A stretch of DNA of 63,166 nt, filler included, from Octopus bimaculoides (lineage: Eukaryota), in assembly GCF_001194135.2 (NCBI RefSeq). It is 10 parts of 10 records of this genome, joined end to end, with 100 filler letters (N's around TTAATTAATTAA, not from the genome) between each part and the next. Parts side by side here need not be neighbours in the genome. Positions count along the whole stretch, not along the records: positions 35,350 to 43,945 come from NC_068986.1; positions 44,046 to 50,303 come from NW_026357090.1; positions 50,404 to 54,600 come from NC_068985.1; 7 more parts are not named here. One strand, written 5' to 3'. Positions 37,962 to 50,820 of the stretch are shown here, piece by piece. Every line of letters begins with the position of its first letter. The stretch's first letter is position 1. Position numbers and translations under genes: made by a program. The notes below the pieces were generated by a model. The model saw nothing but the letters and a program-made list of their open reading frames with translations. It was not told the DNA's origin and did not search any database.

Positions 37962-40481
37962 ATATAAACATGTATATATAAAGTTGGTTGAATACATTTG
38001 AATATATAAAGTCAAGACGAACGAAGGAAACATCGTTATACACACTCAACAACAACAACAACGTAAGTAAAAAAATGTATGGCAACATAAAAGAAGAGGA
38101 AGAGGCAAAAAGATGAAAGAAATAAGATGTGTGATGGTTTATATTATTACTTACAGTTAATGTATCGTCCATAACAAGAGGAAGTTGCCGTCTTTCAAAC
38201 TGGTAGTCGTCGGAACGACAAACAGCAACCAGTTTGGCCATAGTTCACTCCACAATAATCACTAAACACTAATATACACACGCCCGCATACACTCCCACA
38301 TATATATACACTCACTAGAGAGATATCACCAGGTATATATATATATGTATATATATATATATAGTCCCACTTTCTCCCTTACTTGTATCCGCCTTAGTTC
38401 TCTAGTTCGTTCTCTGACTGTATATAAGTATATATATGTCCGTTCAGACGTAGTAACTACAGTACTATATATATATAGTACTATATAGAAATGTAGTACT
38501 ATGATATATGTATGGTATAGTCCAGTTATAGAGGGATTGTTGTATTGTAAGATCCTTGTCAATGACCACCAGTAAAGAATAGATTCGAGTGAAATATTAA
38601 CAAACTAACAACGTTAACAGTTTTTTCTAACACCTCCACCTAATGTCGTCGTCGTCCTGAAATGAAAAAAAAAAACGACACACGTAGGAGGTGAAGAAAC
38701 TATTTAGCAAAAAAATATCACAGATTTATTATCCGATACGCTTCTATTTCTCACTTGTATTTGTTATTCTATAACGTGTCTTGTATAGTTATATACACAC
38801 CTATAATACTGCATATATATATATGTGTATATCCAACACCCCGTTAGGTTTTTAACCAATGTTTTAATATCTCAGTTAAACGACAAAACTGACACACTAG
38901 TACTTCTATAATATACTTCCCTAATGGCTAATATATCTCTACCAACACTCACTGAGATTATTTTTCTTGTTTTTCACACTTTCTTGTTCGTCTTTCTCTT
39001 CTTTTTTTTTTACCCCAACTTTTCCCATTAGCCTTTCTTCTTCTACCTACCACTACTTCTCTCTCTCTTTCTATCACTCAAATCACTCTTTCAATTTGAC
39101 TCTATTTTACAATTAATATACTCTCTCTTTATATATATATCGTATACTCTTTGTCTTTCCTTCTCTATCTAATTTTCCCCCCTCTATATCTATCTAAATA
39201 TATATTTCTGTCCATCTATCTCAAACTTTCTCTCTATTTCATTTTCTTTCTTTCTCTCTTCTCTCTCTTCATCACTCTCAAACATCCTAACCCGGTTCTA
39301 ACTTTCTATATTTGATCCTCTCTATCATTTTCTCTTACTCTCTATATTTCTTTCTAACCCTCACACCTTCTCTCTCTATTTCTCTCACACCTTCTCTCTA
39401 TCCACTTTCCCTCCATAACTAATGCCGTCTTTCCTCTTCCTTCTCGCCTTATCATATCGGCCTCCTATTTCCCCCCTTTTCTCGTATTTGTCCTTCTGCA
39501 TTTTTTTTTAGCTTCTTTTTATATAACATATACACATTTATATATATTTGCATAGTTTTCTATTGTAATTAAAAAAAGTTTATATCTCCGTCCGTTCCCG
39601 TCATTTCTCTCAACAACAGCCCCGCTCCTCGTCACTCTACGATAATATCGAGCAAAACGAGTATTTTCGAGTAAAATATTTGAAATACTTAAATTTTTAT
39701 TTCCTTTATGTCACAATTATTTTTTTATTAAATAAAAATAATTTTTTCAGATCAAAGTATTTCTTATCAATATTTTTTTTTAATATTTACTTCTATTACA
39801 ATACGGGCAATTGCCATCACGGGTTACATTTTTCCACATCGTAAGCGATGTACTTTAATTTTTAGAAAATTCCCCAAATAACCTGTTACATTATTTTTAT
39901 ACACTTCATTCAATAATTACTAATTTAATAAAAATTTCTAGGCAATTACGTTCAGATTTCTCTGAGTCTAATTAATGATTCATGTTCATTCCTACCGTCA
40001 CAAGGGATCTTTCGTCTTATTTTCTTCTAATTTCGTGTCAAATATTTTATAAAATGATAATTCTGAATGTAATTTAACATTTAAAAAAATATAGTCATTA
40101 AATTTCGTTTATAAAAACGAATTTAAGAGAAAGAATCTATAAGAAAAGTCATATCGTTAAAACCACATTCTACAGTTGCGAATTCAATATTAAACTCAAA
40201 AGCTATTTTCTGGTGTGGTGCGTGGATGATAAGGTTACAGTAATAAAGTCACAATTTTGGCTAGGAAAAAAGTCACAATTAATTTATGGGATCTGGACAA
40301 CCCCCACCCCTAGGGCAAACCCCCAGTGACTTTATTATCGTGACTTTTTTACTGTGAATTTTTTCTTTAATTGCATTCTGAGGGTGTGGTCTTGGTTGAA
40401 TAGTTTATCAGTTTTAGAGGGAAGGGATCGCCAAAATGATTTGTTTTAAATCAGAATAAAATAGCTAATTAGTAAACAATA

Positions 40482-40633
40482 CTGGCTGTGTGGTAAGTAG
40501 CTTCCTTACTAACCACATGGTTCTGGGTTCAGTCCCACTGCGTGACACCTTGGGCAAGTGTCGTCTACTATAGCCTCTGGCCGACCAAACCTTGTGAGTG
40601 GATTTGGTAGACGGAAACTGAAAGAAGCCCGTC

Positions 40634-40699
<66 letters not shown>

Positions 40700-40912
40700 A
40701 TGTGTGTATATGTTTGTCCCCCCACAACTTCGCTTGACAACCGAGGCTGGTGTGTTTACGTCCCCGTAACTTAGCGGTTCGGCAAAAAGACACCGATAGA
40801 ATAAGTACTGGGCTTACAAAGAATAAGTCCTGGGGTCGATTTGCTCGACTAAAAGGCGGTGCTCCAGCACGGCCGCAGTCAAATGACTGAAACAAGTAAA
40901 AGAGTAAAGAGT
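40482..40912 (+). mobile_element. SINE family A, young full-length copy
   Basis: A box tggctgtgtgg (40483), B-box-like ggttcagtccc (~40526), central (TA)n, tail ggtgctccagcacggccgcagtcaaatgactgaaac(aagtaaaagag)n. Confidence 0.9.
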
Positions 40913-41059
40913 AATACAAAATAAATTCAATCTTTCTTAGCTCCAGGTTGTATCTTTGTGTGTAGCTTATATAAGATTAGGATCTGCAGTGAATAATTTT
41001 ATTTATACTTAAATATATACATAAAAGTGAGAAGGAAAAAAAAACAATTCACCACCTCA

Positions 41060-41510
41060 GGGTGAAAACTTTGGGGCGCTGAGAAACCTCTCTAACGACT
41101 TTTGAGGCACACCAGTATGCTTGCTGCATTGTCGCAGGTGATGGTGAGGCTGATGTGCTGAAACAACCAGGCACCCTCACAAACTTCACCAGTTAACTCT
41201 GCTGGAGAGCTTATGAGCAAAACTATTCTGAGTTCCCTTAGGGATCCAATTAATGAGCTTTGATTTGGATAAATCCTGGAGGGCTGCAGCAAGGTCGTCA
41301 GTAGGGAGCTGGTTATCAGAGTGTAGGGCATCTCCACGGAGTGCAACAGAGCTGAAGTGGCACTGACTGCAGGTCCAGTATGGAAGCCTTTCAGCTTGAG
41401 CCTTGGTGATGTGGACACAGCTTCTGTGGTGATTTTAGTGGCACAGGTGGTAATTAATTGCTTTTAGGTATCAGCTAGTGCAAGCACAGAGAGTACAGTC
41501 AGGTGGTGAG
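41060..41510 (-). mobile_element. Decayed PHD-finger-containing retrotransposon ORF fragment, CRE-clade-like
   Basis: Minus frame 41503-41186: PDCTLCACTS*YLKAINYHLCH*NHHRSCVHITKAQAERLPYWTCSQC…LSKSKLINWIPKGTQNSFAHKL. PHD-like Cys/His spacing followed by an IPKG motif; two stops. Confidence 0.45.
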
Positions 41511-42582
41511 CTGGCATCGACCAACAGGAGAGGGCCAGCATTGGAAGAAGTGAATTAACAGAGGAGGCAGAACAAGCAGCATTGGTTCCAATTCGGCAGT
41601 GCCGAGGGAGGGTTAATAGCTATAGGAGTGGTGGGGTTAGCAGGGTTAATTCCATTCAGAACCCATGGTGAAGAAGGTTCTCTCATGCATAGCAAAGCTG
41701 GTGGAGAACGAGAGGTCAAAAGTTGATCTATTATCACAAGGTCGTTCCACCAAACGGATCTCTTGGATAAGGTTAAAGTGGTGTCAACCCCACCAATTGG
41801 TAGTCGCTGGTGATTGGAAGAGAAAGAGCAATGAATACACAAACATATATCAGATTAAAATGCTGGTATCAATTATTGCTATAATTTGGGATGGTAATTT
41901 TTTTTTCTTTTTGCTAAATAAGCACACATTATATATTCGTTCTTCACTTCAGCTCTACCACTGTTCTTATTTCATTGTCCTTTATCTGAAATCTTTCATC
42001 ACACATCCTGTGACCTCTTCAGTGACTCTCCATCCCATGTGTCTCCTGTTCTAAACAGAACAGGACACTAAAATAAGAACAATAATAAAACTGAAGTGAA
42101 GGATGAAAAAATATAGTGTGTGTTTAATTTGCGAATATAAAATAAAACAAATAAAATGAGAGAGACCATCCCGAAATATTACAATATCAGTGTTTCAACA
42201 CAATTTCACATCAGGAATCTTGCAAACCAAATACATAAAGTGATGGTTTGTTGCCAGCTTAATGTGGCAGTCCCAGGAAAGTGAAGAATGCTACTGCTAT
42301 TTAGCCCCAGGAAACACTGTTTCCAGTTGGCTACGTGACAGAAGTGTTCTGTGTCCTTAAGTTTTCAAACTGAAGAGATAGGTGCTTATCTTCCCTGTTT
42401 AAAAACTTTAACCCTCCCATTATTCATGCTCCATAAAGATCTAAAGGTCGTACATGTACATATTAGACATTGGAAAGGGTTAGAAGTGATGTCATGCACC
42501 CTACATGAGCCAAGCTAACTTAATTTCTCTTGTAAAAGAGTGGGTGGCATTTTCTCACTTTTTCAATTACCAACGTAGCCTT

Positions 42583-42919
42583 CCTGGAACTTGTGCCGGT
42601 GGCACGTGAAAAGACATTCGAGCGAGGTCGTTGCCAGGGCTGATGGACTGGCTCCTGTGCAGGTGGCACGTAAAATACACCATTTTGAGCGTGGCCGTTG
42701 CCAGTACCGCCTGACTGCCCTTCGTGCCGGTGGCACGTAAAAGCAGCCACTATACTCTCAGAGTGGTTGGCGTTAGGAAGGGCATCCAGCTGTAGAAACT
42801 CTGCCAAATCAGATTGGAGCCTGGTGCAGCCACCTGGTTCACCAGTCAGTCCCCTGTCAAACCGTCCAACCCATGCCAGCATGGAAAGCGGACGTTAAAC
42901 GATGATGATGATGATGATG
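42583..42919 (+). mobile_element. RTE-type 3' UTR/tail, well conserved
   Basis: Subrepeats gtgccggtggcacgt…, then gggcatccagctgtagaaactctgcc…catgccagcatggaaagcggacgttaaac(gat)n. Confidence 0.8.
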
Positions 42920-43050
42920 AGAGAATATGTTGTTACCAAAAACGTAAAAACTTTACTAACTTGATCAAGCTGTCATGGAAGCAGGATTTTAATTTCATTT
43001 GATACACACTTTGCTATCATTTATATGGAGAATTGCAACAGCAACACAAG

Positions 43051-43195
43051 CTACCCTGTGGTGAGATGGTACCAACTGTCAAAACGTATGTGTTTCCAAA
43101 CATTGCCCAAAACTTGAGCAATAGTCAATGGCTATGTGAGCCAGCCATCTTAGATCCACCTAATGATGCTATCAACAAAAGCAATAAGAAAATGG
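43051..43195 (+). mobile_element. Helitron Pif1-helicase fragment
   Basis: VFPNIAQNLSNSQWLCEPAILDPPNDAINKSN resembles the Helitron motif VFPNIxxNYxxxxWLxERAILAPxNxxVxxIN. Confidence 0.65.
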
Positions 43196-44499
43196 AAGGG
43201 ATTAATAGGTGGTATTCATCAACTTGCAGACATTGCATTGTGTCAATTTACTTGTTTATTTGTTTACTAAAATGACAATAACAACAATATACAAACACAT
43301 GTGACATATTATGTCATATCAGTAATTATAAAAATGACATATAGTGACAGAAAATGGAATTAATATCTTACAGCTATTTCAGTCCAGAGGTGATATGCCT
43401 CATTCTATCTTTATCACTCCAGTAGACTGAAGTAATTGATAGATGAAATAGAGGTACATGGATGATTCTCTAGGCCTCTTCAGAGATTTTATAAACTTCA
43501 TAAGGTTAAGTTATAAATATAAAAATACAAAAACCATAAAAACCCACATATATATGCATACTTTAACAGATACATAGATATAAATAAATAAACATAAATA
43601 CATAACTACATATATGGACATTTATGAATGTACATTTAAATGTACAGCTAGTCACCTACACTTTTCTCTGCAAAATAGGGATAGTTTATTTTGTTCAGGC
43701 TATATTATTAGCATTATTCTGCGATTGAGAATTTAAAAATCACTTCTTTAACTTTCTAAAAAAGATATCTCAACGCTTCTAAAAGCAAGCTTCGCTTGTT
43801 TATTTACGTTTGTCGTAATTTGAATTTAGTATATATATATATATATATATATATAGGTAGAGATGGACTATATGTAATCTGAACCTTTCCCCCCCCTTAT
43901 TTATTAATTTTTTTTACGGAATCCCACGTTTTAGGCTATGGAGATNNNNNNNNNNNNNNNNNNNNNNNNNNNNNNNNNNNNNNNNNNNNTTAATTAATTA
44001 ANNNNNNNNNNNNNNNNNNNNNNNNNNNNNNNNNNNNNNNNNNNNATATATATATATGTATGTATATATATATATATATGTAAGAATTTGAATAAAGTAG
44101 ACCTGAAAACGGCTCTAATATGTTTGTGGAGTATATAGAACATAGGAGAAAATACTAATAAGTTATGTATACTAAAATCCTGAAGCACGTTACGTAAGAA
44201 AAGGCTAATCAGATATGAGATAATAATAATTCAAAGTAAATAACTCGGAAAAGTCACTAACTGAAATGGCTGGATCTTTTGTTTAGAAAAATGCTGTTTA
44301 CTTGTTTAAGCGTTGTACTGGATAAATTGCGAAAATAACTCAAATATTTCAAATAGTAAGAAATAAGCACTCAATTTGATTTATACGAAATAATTTACGA
44401 ATATGAATGGGTTATTTCCTTGGCTAAATGTAAGGTTCGCTTTCAGGATTGAGTGGGTTATTTCCCTGGGATGTCTAAAAATAATATATTAGTTATATG

Positions 44500-44690
44500 T
44501 AGTAGATATAAGAATCCCTTCCAGGGGCCCTATTATCGATGTTTCAGCAATCTAAGTATGTCACTAGTTTTCCAGACATGAGTTCTACTCATGTGTCAAA
44601 TTTCATCAAAATTGATAAAACGATGTAGGAGGAGTTAGATAACAACGCCAGAAACAAACACACCCACAGATTTCTACATATGTAGTAGAT
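44500..44690 (+). mobile_element. HINE/DINE-1-like element
   Basis: Bounded by tgtagtagat on both sides; contains tgtgtcaaatttcatcaaaattg…gtaggaggagttag…aaacaaacacac. Confidence 0.45.
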
Positions 44691-45257
44691 ATATAGGTAT
44701 GTATCTATAGATATATTTTGGTATGTTTGTATAGATATATATTGGTATGTATGTACGTATATATATATATATATATATNNNNNNNNNNNNNNNNNNNNNN
44801 NNNNNNNNNNNNNNNNNNNNNNNNNNNNNNNNNNNNNNNNNNNNNNNNNNNNNNNNNNNNNNNNNNNNNNNNNNNNNNNNNNNNNNNNNNNNNNNNNNNN
44901 NNNNNNNNNNNNNNNNNNNNNNNNNNNNNNNNNNNNNNNNNNNNNNNNNNNNNNNNNNNNNNNNNNNNNNNNNNNNNNNNNNNNNNNNNNNNNNNNNNNN
45001 NNNNNNNNNNNNNNNNNNNNNNNNNNNNNNNNNNNNNNNNNNNNNNNNNNNNNNNNNNNNNNNNNNNNNNNNNNNNNNNNNNNNNNNNNNNNNNNNNNNN
45101 NNNNNNNNNNNNNNNNNNNNNNNNNNNNNNNNNNNNNNNNNNNNNNNNNNNNNNNNNNNNNNNNNNNNNNNNNNNNNNNNNNNNNNNNNNNNNNNNNNNN
45201 NNNNNNNNNNNNNNNNNNNNNNNNNNNNNNNNNNNNNNNNNNNNNNNNNNNNNNNNN

Positions 45258-45303
<46 letters not shown>

Positions 45304-45319
45304 CAAAGCAGCTTCACTC

Positions 45320-48300
45320 AGACATGAGAAACCCACCTCACCCCAAGAACCCTCCATGTACCAGACGTAACATCTTCATGAATAATTTTTTCGGACAGAA
45401 ATATAAGAGAAAGACGAACTCTTCACATTCGAGGCACATCTCACATAGAGAAGACTTCGAACAGGACCAAAGAAGAAATAGACACTTCTGTTTGAGACAT
45501 TTCTCCCACAATAATCATCGCTTCCAAACAGAATATAACCATTATGACAACCCCACTCAGAACCGACCACAACGAAGAACTCACAATAGACCAAGGGTTA
45601 GTGGAAGGACTATTAGCAGGAACACTATACCAGAGAAACCATTTTTTAGACAAACTGGGCCAAAACCAAGACACTCAATGGCACGAACCAAATATAATAC
45701 TCCAAAAGTGATAAATCTCTCACATAAAGCCCTTTCGAACCAGGAAATCAAAATTCTTGCAAAGGGATTAAAGTTCACCTCTACACCACAAAAGTTGAAC
45801 CTAAATGACATACAAAATGATATGCAAGAATTCTGCAGAAAACTTCGCATCACTGAAGAACTATGAGATAAAGAAAATAATGATCAATCCATTCTTCACA
45901 ATAAAAGCAACTACTGTCCGACAAATGGAAAAAAATCAAACTCTGGATAACTTTTGTGACTTGATTTCCAGTTTCCCCTACAATTTACTCCCACCCCGAA
46001 AATTTAAAATAAATACAAGTAAAGAAGAATGGGAAATCATCAATAATCTCAGGGAGGATGACAACATAATTATAAAAGAAGCTGACAAAGGGAGTTCTGT
46101 AGTTATGGATTCAGAAAAATACATAAACACTACCTTAACCCTTCTTCAAGACAATACCTACTATGACAAAATCAACAACTACAGTCAGTCCAAGATAATG
46201 ACCTGTCTACCCTTATCCAACAATTCCAACAAGGTTTAACACAAAAGGAGACGCACTACTTGACTAGATTTGACTGCAAGACCAGTAACTTCTATGGACT
46301 TCCCAAAATCCACAAAAGTGAGGCCATAAATGAAGCCTGTAACAAGTCAACTTCTATAGTCATAAATATTCCACACCCGAGAGATCTCAAGATGAGTCCA
46401 ATTGTGGCCGGTCCCTCTTGTGAGACACACAGACTCAGTAATTTTATTGACGTCCTTCTCAAACCTATTCTCCAACATATATTGAGCTTTATACAGGATG
46501 ATCTGGACTTTTTAAACCATCTCCTGAACAAAACCAGCAAAGACTCCCTACTGGTTTCATTCGATGTAATAAACCTCTACACCTCGATTCCTCACGAATA
46601 CAGAATAATAGCCATCCAATACTTGCTGGAAAATTCTCAAATGATATTCCTGACAGAATCAGAAAAGATTTCATCATTGAAGGAATAAGGTTCATTCTAC
46701 AGAACAACTTCTTCAATTTCAACGAAAATACTTATAGACAAAAATCGGGCACTGCGATGGGAACGAGGGTAGCGCCTACTTTTCCCAACCTTGTTATGGC
46801 ATACTTGGAAGTCCAAATATACGAAATTTGGGGAAGACTTCCAAAAATATTTACTTACCAACTGGAAATGCTACCTGGATGACTGTTTCATCCTTTGGCC
46901 ACATGACATTGAACAACTCACAAAATTTAAAAACTTAATTAACAGCATTAACCACAGTATCCAATTCACTATGGAATACAACCACCAACAACTACCCTTC
47001 CTGGACATCTTAATAATAAAGAGAGATATTGAGATTCAAACCAATATCTTCTTCAAACCAACAGACTCAAAACAATATCTTCATTCTCCTCTTGCCACCC
47101 AAAACATACTAAAATAAATATACTGTTCAACTTAGCGAGAAGAATTTGCATGATTGCATCAAATACCGAAACCCGAGAAAAATGACTCCAAGAACTTACA
47201 ACCTCATTACTAGATAGAAAATACCCAGTCAGTTTAATCAAAAATGGAATAGAACGTGCAAAAATGATAGACATCCAAGAGTTACGGAAAACAAGAAAAC
47301 ACCATGACAAACTTAAAACTCTATCTTACGTATCAACACACAATCCAAGAAACAAGGAAGCATACAACATCACCCACCAAAACATACCCCTCCTTATGAA
47401 GGACCCACAAATGAAAAAGGCACTAGAAACACATAGGATTATTAAAAGTAAGAGACAACCACAATCTCTAAAAAAATTACTACCAGCGCCAAATTACCCA
47501 CCAAAAATACAACCCCACAAGTCAAAAAGTGCAACCGCTCTAACTGTGGAACTTGTACCTTTCTCTTAGAGGGCTCAACATACAAATTTAAGTCAGGCCA
47601 AACATTTGCCATAAAATATGACATCACCTGTGCTTCGAAGAACATAATCTATGTTCTTAAATGTGGAGGTTGTGGTCAAACAAGCTTAACTTTGAGGGAT
47701 AGACTTACGGTGCACAGACAGCAAATCCAGGACCCTACCACTAGGAAAATTCCCGTTAGCCAGCACCTAGACTAATGTCCCGTAGACAAAAACCCTAAAT
47801 ACCAAATCTTCAACCCAATTCCGTTTATATAAGGAAAACATACTGATTAAAAAAGGAAAACATACTGATTAAAAAAGGAAAACATACTGATTAAAAAATA
47901 TAAACCACAACTGAATATCCTTTAGAAAGAAGAAAAAGCAGTATAAAGAAGGGAAACAAAAGGCTCAGCTTCAACACAAAAAAACAATAAAATTTTAATA
48001 ACAATCTTCCACCCGGGTTTCGAAACCGCAACTCCAAATCACCACACAAACACAAGATGCCGACATCACCCACCTCCAATCCAATGAAATTCCACAAACT
48101 CCAGTTGCTAATGTCACCTAATTCCAGACCAATCAGCAAATATAATGAAATGACCCTTTAAGAGAACCAACCAACCGGAACGACCTATAACCGTATCCAC
48201 AAGGAAACCGACCAAGCAGAATGACAAGCTTGACCACGGAAGAAAAATGTCATCAATTTTTCAACGAATCAAAAATCAGATCTGCTCGCAGAAAAAATTT

Positions 48301-48400
48301 ATAAATACGTCTGATCCCTAAACATACCATTACAAGCAAAAGTAACTATTTAAAGAAGATCTGAGAAACCGTAAACCAAATTCCCTTTTTTTACAATTCT
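45320..48400 (+). mobile_element. Penelope-like element, Neptune-type, near full length, decayed (RT + GIY-YIG)
   Basis: Across frameshifts: VINLSHKALSNQEIKILAKGLKF; IIIKEADKG; FYGLPKIHK; LVSFDVINLYTSIPH; GTAMGTRVAP; CYLDDCFILW; LPFLDILI; Cys linker CNRSNCGTC; TCASKNIIYVLKCGGCG…LRDRLTVHRQQI; KENILIKKYKPQLN. The 3' boundary is approximate. Confidence 0.9.
47830..47905 (+). repeat. 23-bp tandem triplication (aaaggaaaacatactgattaaaa) in the PLE ORF end
   Basis: Read directly from the sequence. Confidence 0.85.
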
Positions 48401-48528
48401 AATTCTCATACTTGTTTTTTTCAGTATGACTTGTTGACCACCACTGAAATTAATGAGCCTTGTACATTCTAACAAGTTGATATACAGTTTTAATTTTAAA
48501 CTTACACCTTCTGTTTTGAACATGATAA

Positions 48529-48600
48529 TTTGTCAACATTGAAACATTTTAGTTTGTCAACATTGAATCATTTTGATTTGTCAACATTGAAACTTTTAAC
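48529..48600 (+). repeat. 24-bp tandem repeat x3 (tttgtcaacattgaa…)
   Basis: Read directly from the sequence. Confidence 0.8.
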
Positions 48601-50403
48601 GATGTTTTTCTAATTTTAAACTTTTACCATTGATAAACAAAAAATATTGTTGAAACTAGTTTGGTATGTAAATAAATGTATTTTAAACATTTACGAGCAT
48701 TTGAAATTTAAGTGCATTTTCAACAACACATTTTCNNNNNNNNNNNNNNNNNNNNNNNNNNNNNNNNNNNNNNNNNNNNNNNNNNNNNNNNNNNNNNNNN
48801 NNNNNNNNNNNNNNNNNNNNNNNNNNNNNNNNNNNNNNNNNNNNNNNNNNNNNNNNNNNNNNNNNNNNNNNNNNNNNNNNNNNNNNNNNNNNNNNNNNNN
48901 NNNNNNNNNNNNNNNNNNNNNNNNNNNNNNNNNNNNNNNNNNNNNNNNNNNNNNNNNNNNNNNNNNNNNNNNNNNNNNNNNNNNNNNNNNNNNNNNNNNN
49001 NNNNNNNNNNNNNNNNNNNNNNNNNNNNNNNNNNNNNNNNNNNNNNNNNNNNNNNNNNNNNNNNNNNNNNNNNNNNNNNNNNNNNNNNNNNNNNNNNNNN
49101 NNNNNNNNNNNNNNNNNNNNNNNNNNNNNNNNNNNNNNNNNNNNNNNNNNNNNNNNNNNNNNNNNNNNNNNNNNNNNNNNNNNNNNNNNNNNNNNNNNNN
49201 NNNNNNNNNNNNNNNNNNNNNNNNNNNNNNNNNNNNNNNNNNNNNNNNNNNNNNNNNNNNNNNNNNNNNNNNNNNNNNNNNNNNNNNNNNNNNNNNNNNN
49301 NNNNNNNNNNNNNNNNNNNNNNNNNNNNNNNNNNNNNNNNNNNNNNNNNNNNNNNNNNNNNNNNNNNNNNNNNNNNNNNNNNNNNNNNNNNNNNNNNNNN
49401 NNNNNNNNNNNNNNNNNNNNNNNNNNNNNNNNNNNNNNNNNNNNNNNNNNNNNNNNNNNNNNNNNNNNNNNNNNNNNNNNNNNNNNNNNNNNNNNNNNNN
49501 NNNNNNNNNNNNNNNNNNNNNNNNNNNNNNNNNNNNNNNNNNNNNNNNNNNNNNNNNNNNNNNNNNNNNNNNNNNNNNNNNNNNNNNNNNNNNNNNNNNN
49601 NNNNNNNNNNNNNNNNNNNNNNNNNNNNNNNNNNNNNNNNNNNNNNNNNNNNNNNNNNNNNNNNNNNNNNNNNNNNNNNNNNNNNNNNNNATATATATAC
49701 TAGCAGCTAAGCCCAGTTTTACCTGGTCAGTTTGGATGATGTGGCTGTAAAACCTGCTCTGTGTAAGCATTCGGCTTGTTTGGGCACACTTACGTTAAAA
49801 AACAATTTTAGAATTACTTTTATCTGTCAAAATGCCAAAAATAACTGACCAACACAAAAAAACAACAACCAAGATTCAACCAAATCAAAAAAATAAGCCC
49901 AAATACTAAGCGAACAATGATGAACCATCCCACTTCCACTGTGTGTGCACACAAACGCACGCACATGCATTCACATACTCCCCCTTTTATATACACATAT
50001 ATTCACACAGAGTTGAAACACTGATTTATTTTTTCATCATCCTACTACCAAAAATTACATCACCCCTTCCTTTCTCATTCATAAACACAAGAGTATTATT
50101 ATAATAGATTATTTCGGTAACCATGGAAACTATGAAAAAATAGAAAACCCAGCATCACCACCAGATTATTCTACACATCTGTGTAATTTTTCGTGCAATT
50201 CCACCCAGCAGTTTGACTGTGAATCCCAAGACAAGAGAGAATTGCCCATGTCAAATCTATATGTATAGATATAGGTATGTATGTATGTATATAGGTATCT
50301 ATCNNNNNNNNNNNNNNNNNNNNNNNNNNNNNNNNNNNNNNNNNNNNTTAATTAATTAANNNNNNNNNNNNNNNNNNNNNNNNNNNNNNNNNNNNNNNNN
50401 NNN

Positions 50404-50754
50404 ATCACCACCACCACTACTACTATTATTACTGCGTCTACTATGACCGCTACTACCACCACCACCACCACCACCACCACTACTACTACTGCGACCATTA
50501 CCATCACCACCACCACTACTACTATTATTACTGCGTCTACTATGACCGCTACTACCACCACCACCACCACCACCACCACTACTATTATTATTACTACGAC
50601 TAATACGACCACTACCACCACCACCAGCACCACTACACCACCACTACCACCACCACCACTACCAATACCACTACTACTACTATTACATATACTACGACCA
50701 CTACCACCATCACCACCACTACTTCCACAACTACCACAACAACTACTACTACTA

Positions 50755-50801
<47 letters not shown>

Positions 50802-50820
50802 ACTACGACCATTACCGTTA
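50404..50820. repeat. Compound trinucleotide low-complexity tract (ACC/ACT/ATT/GCT) with an internal ~80-bp duplication
   Basis: actactattattactgcgtctactatgaccgctactaccacc occurs twice. Confidence 0.85.

Noticed and set aside
41975-42025. Minus-strand ctgaaga-ggtcac…gtgat-gaaa hammerhead-like motif
   Set aside because: Stem II closes out of register and no stem I partner was found.
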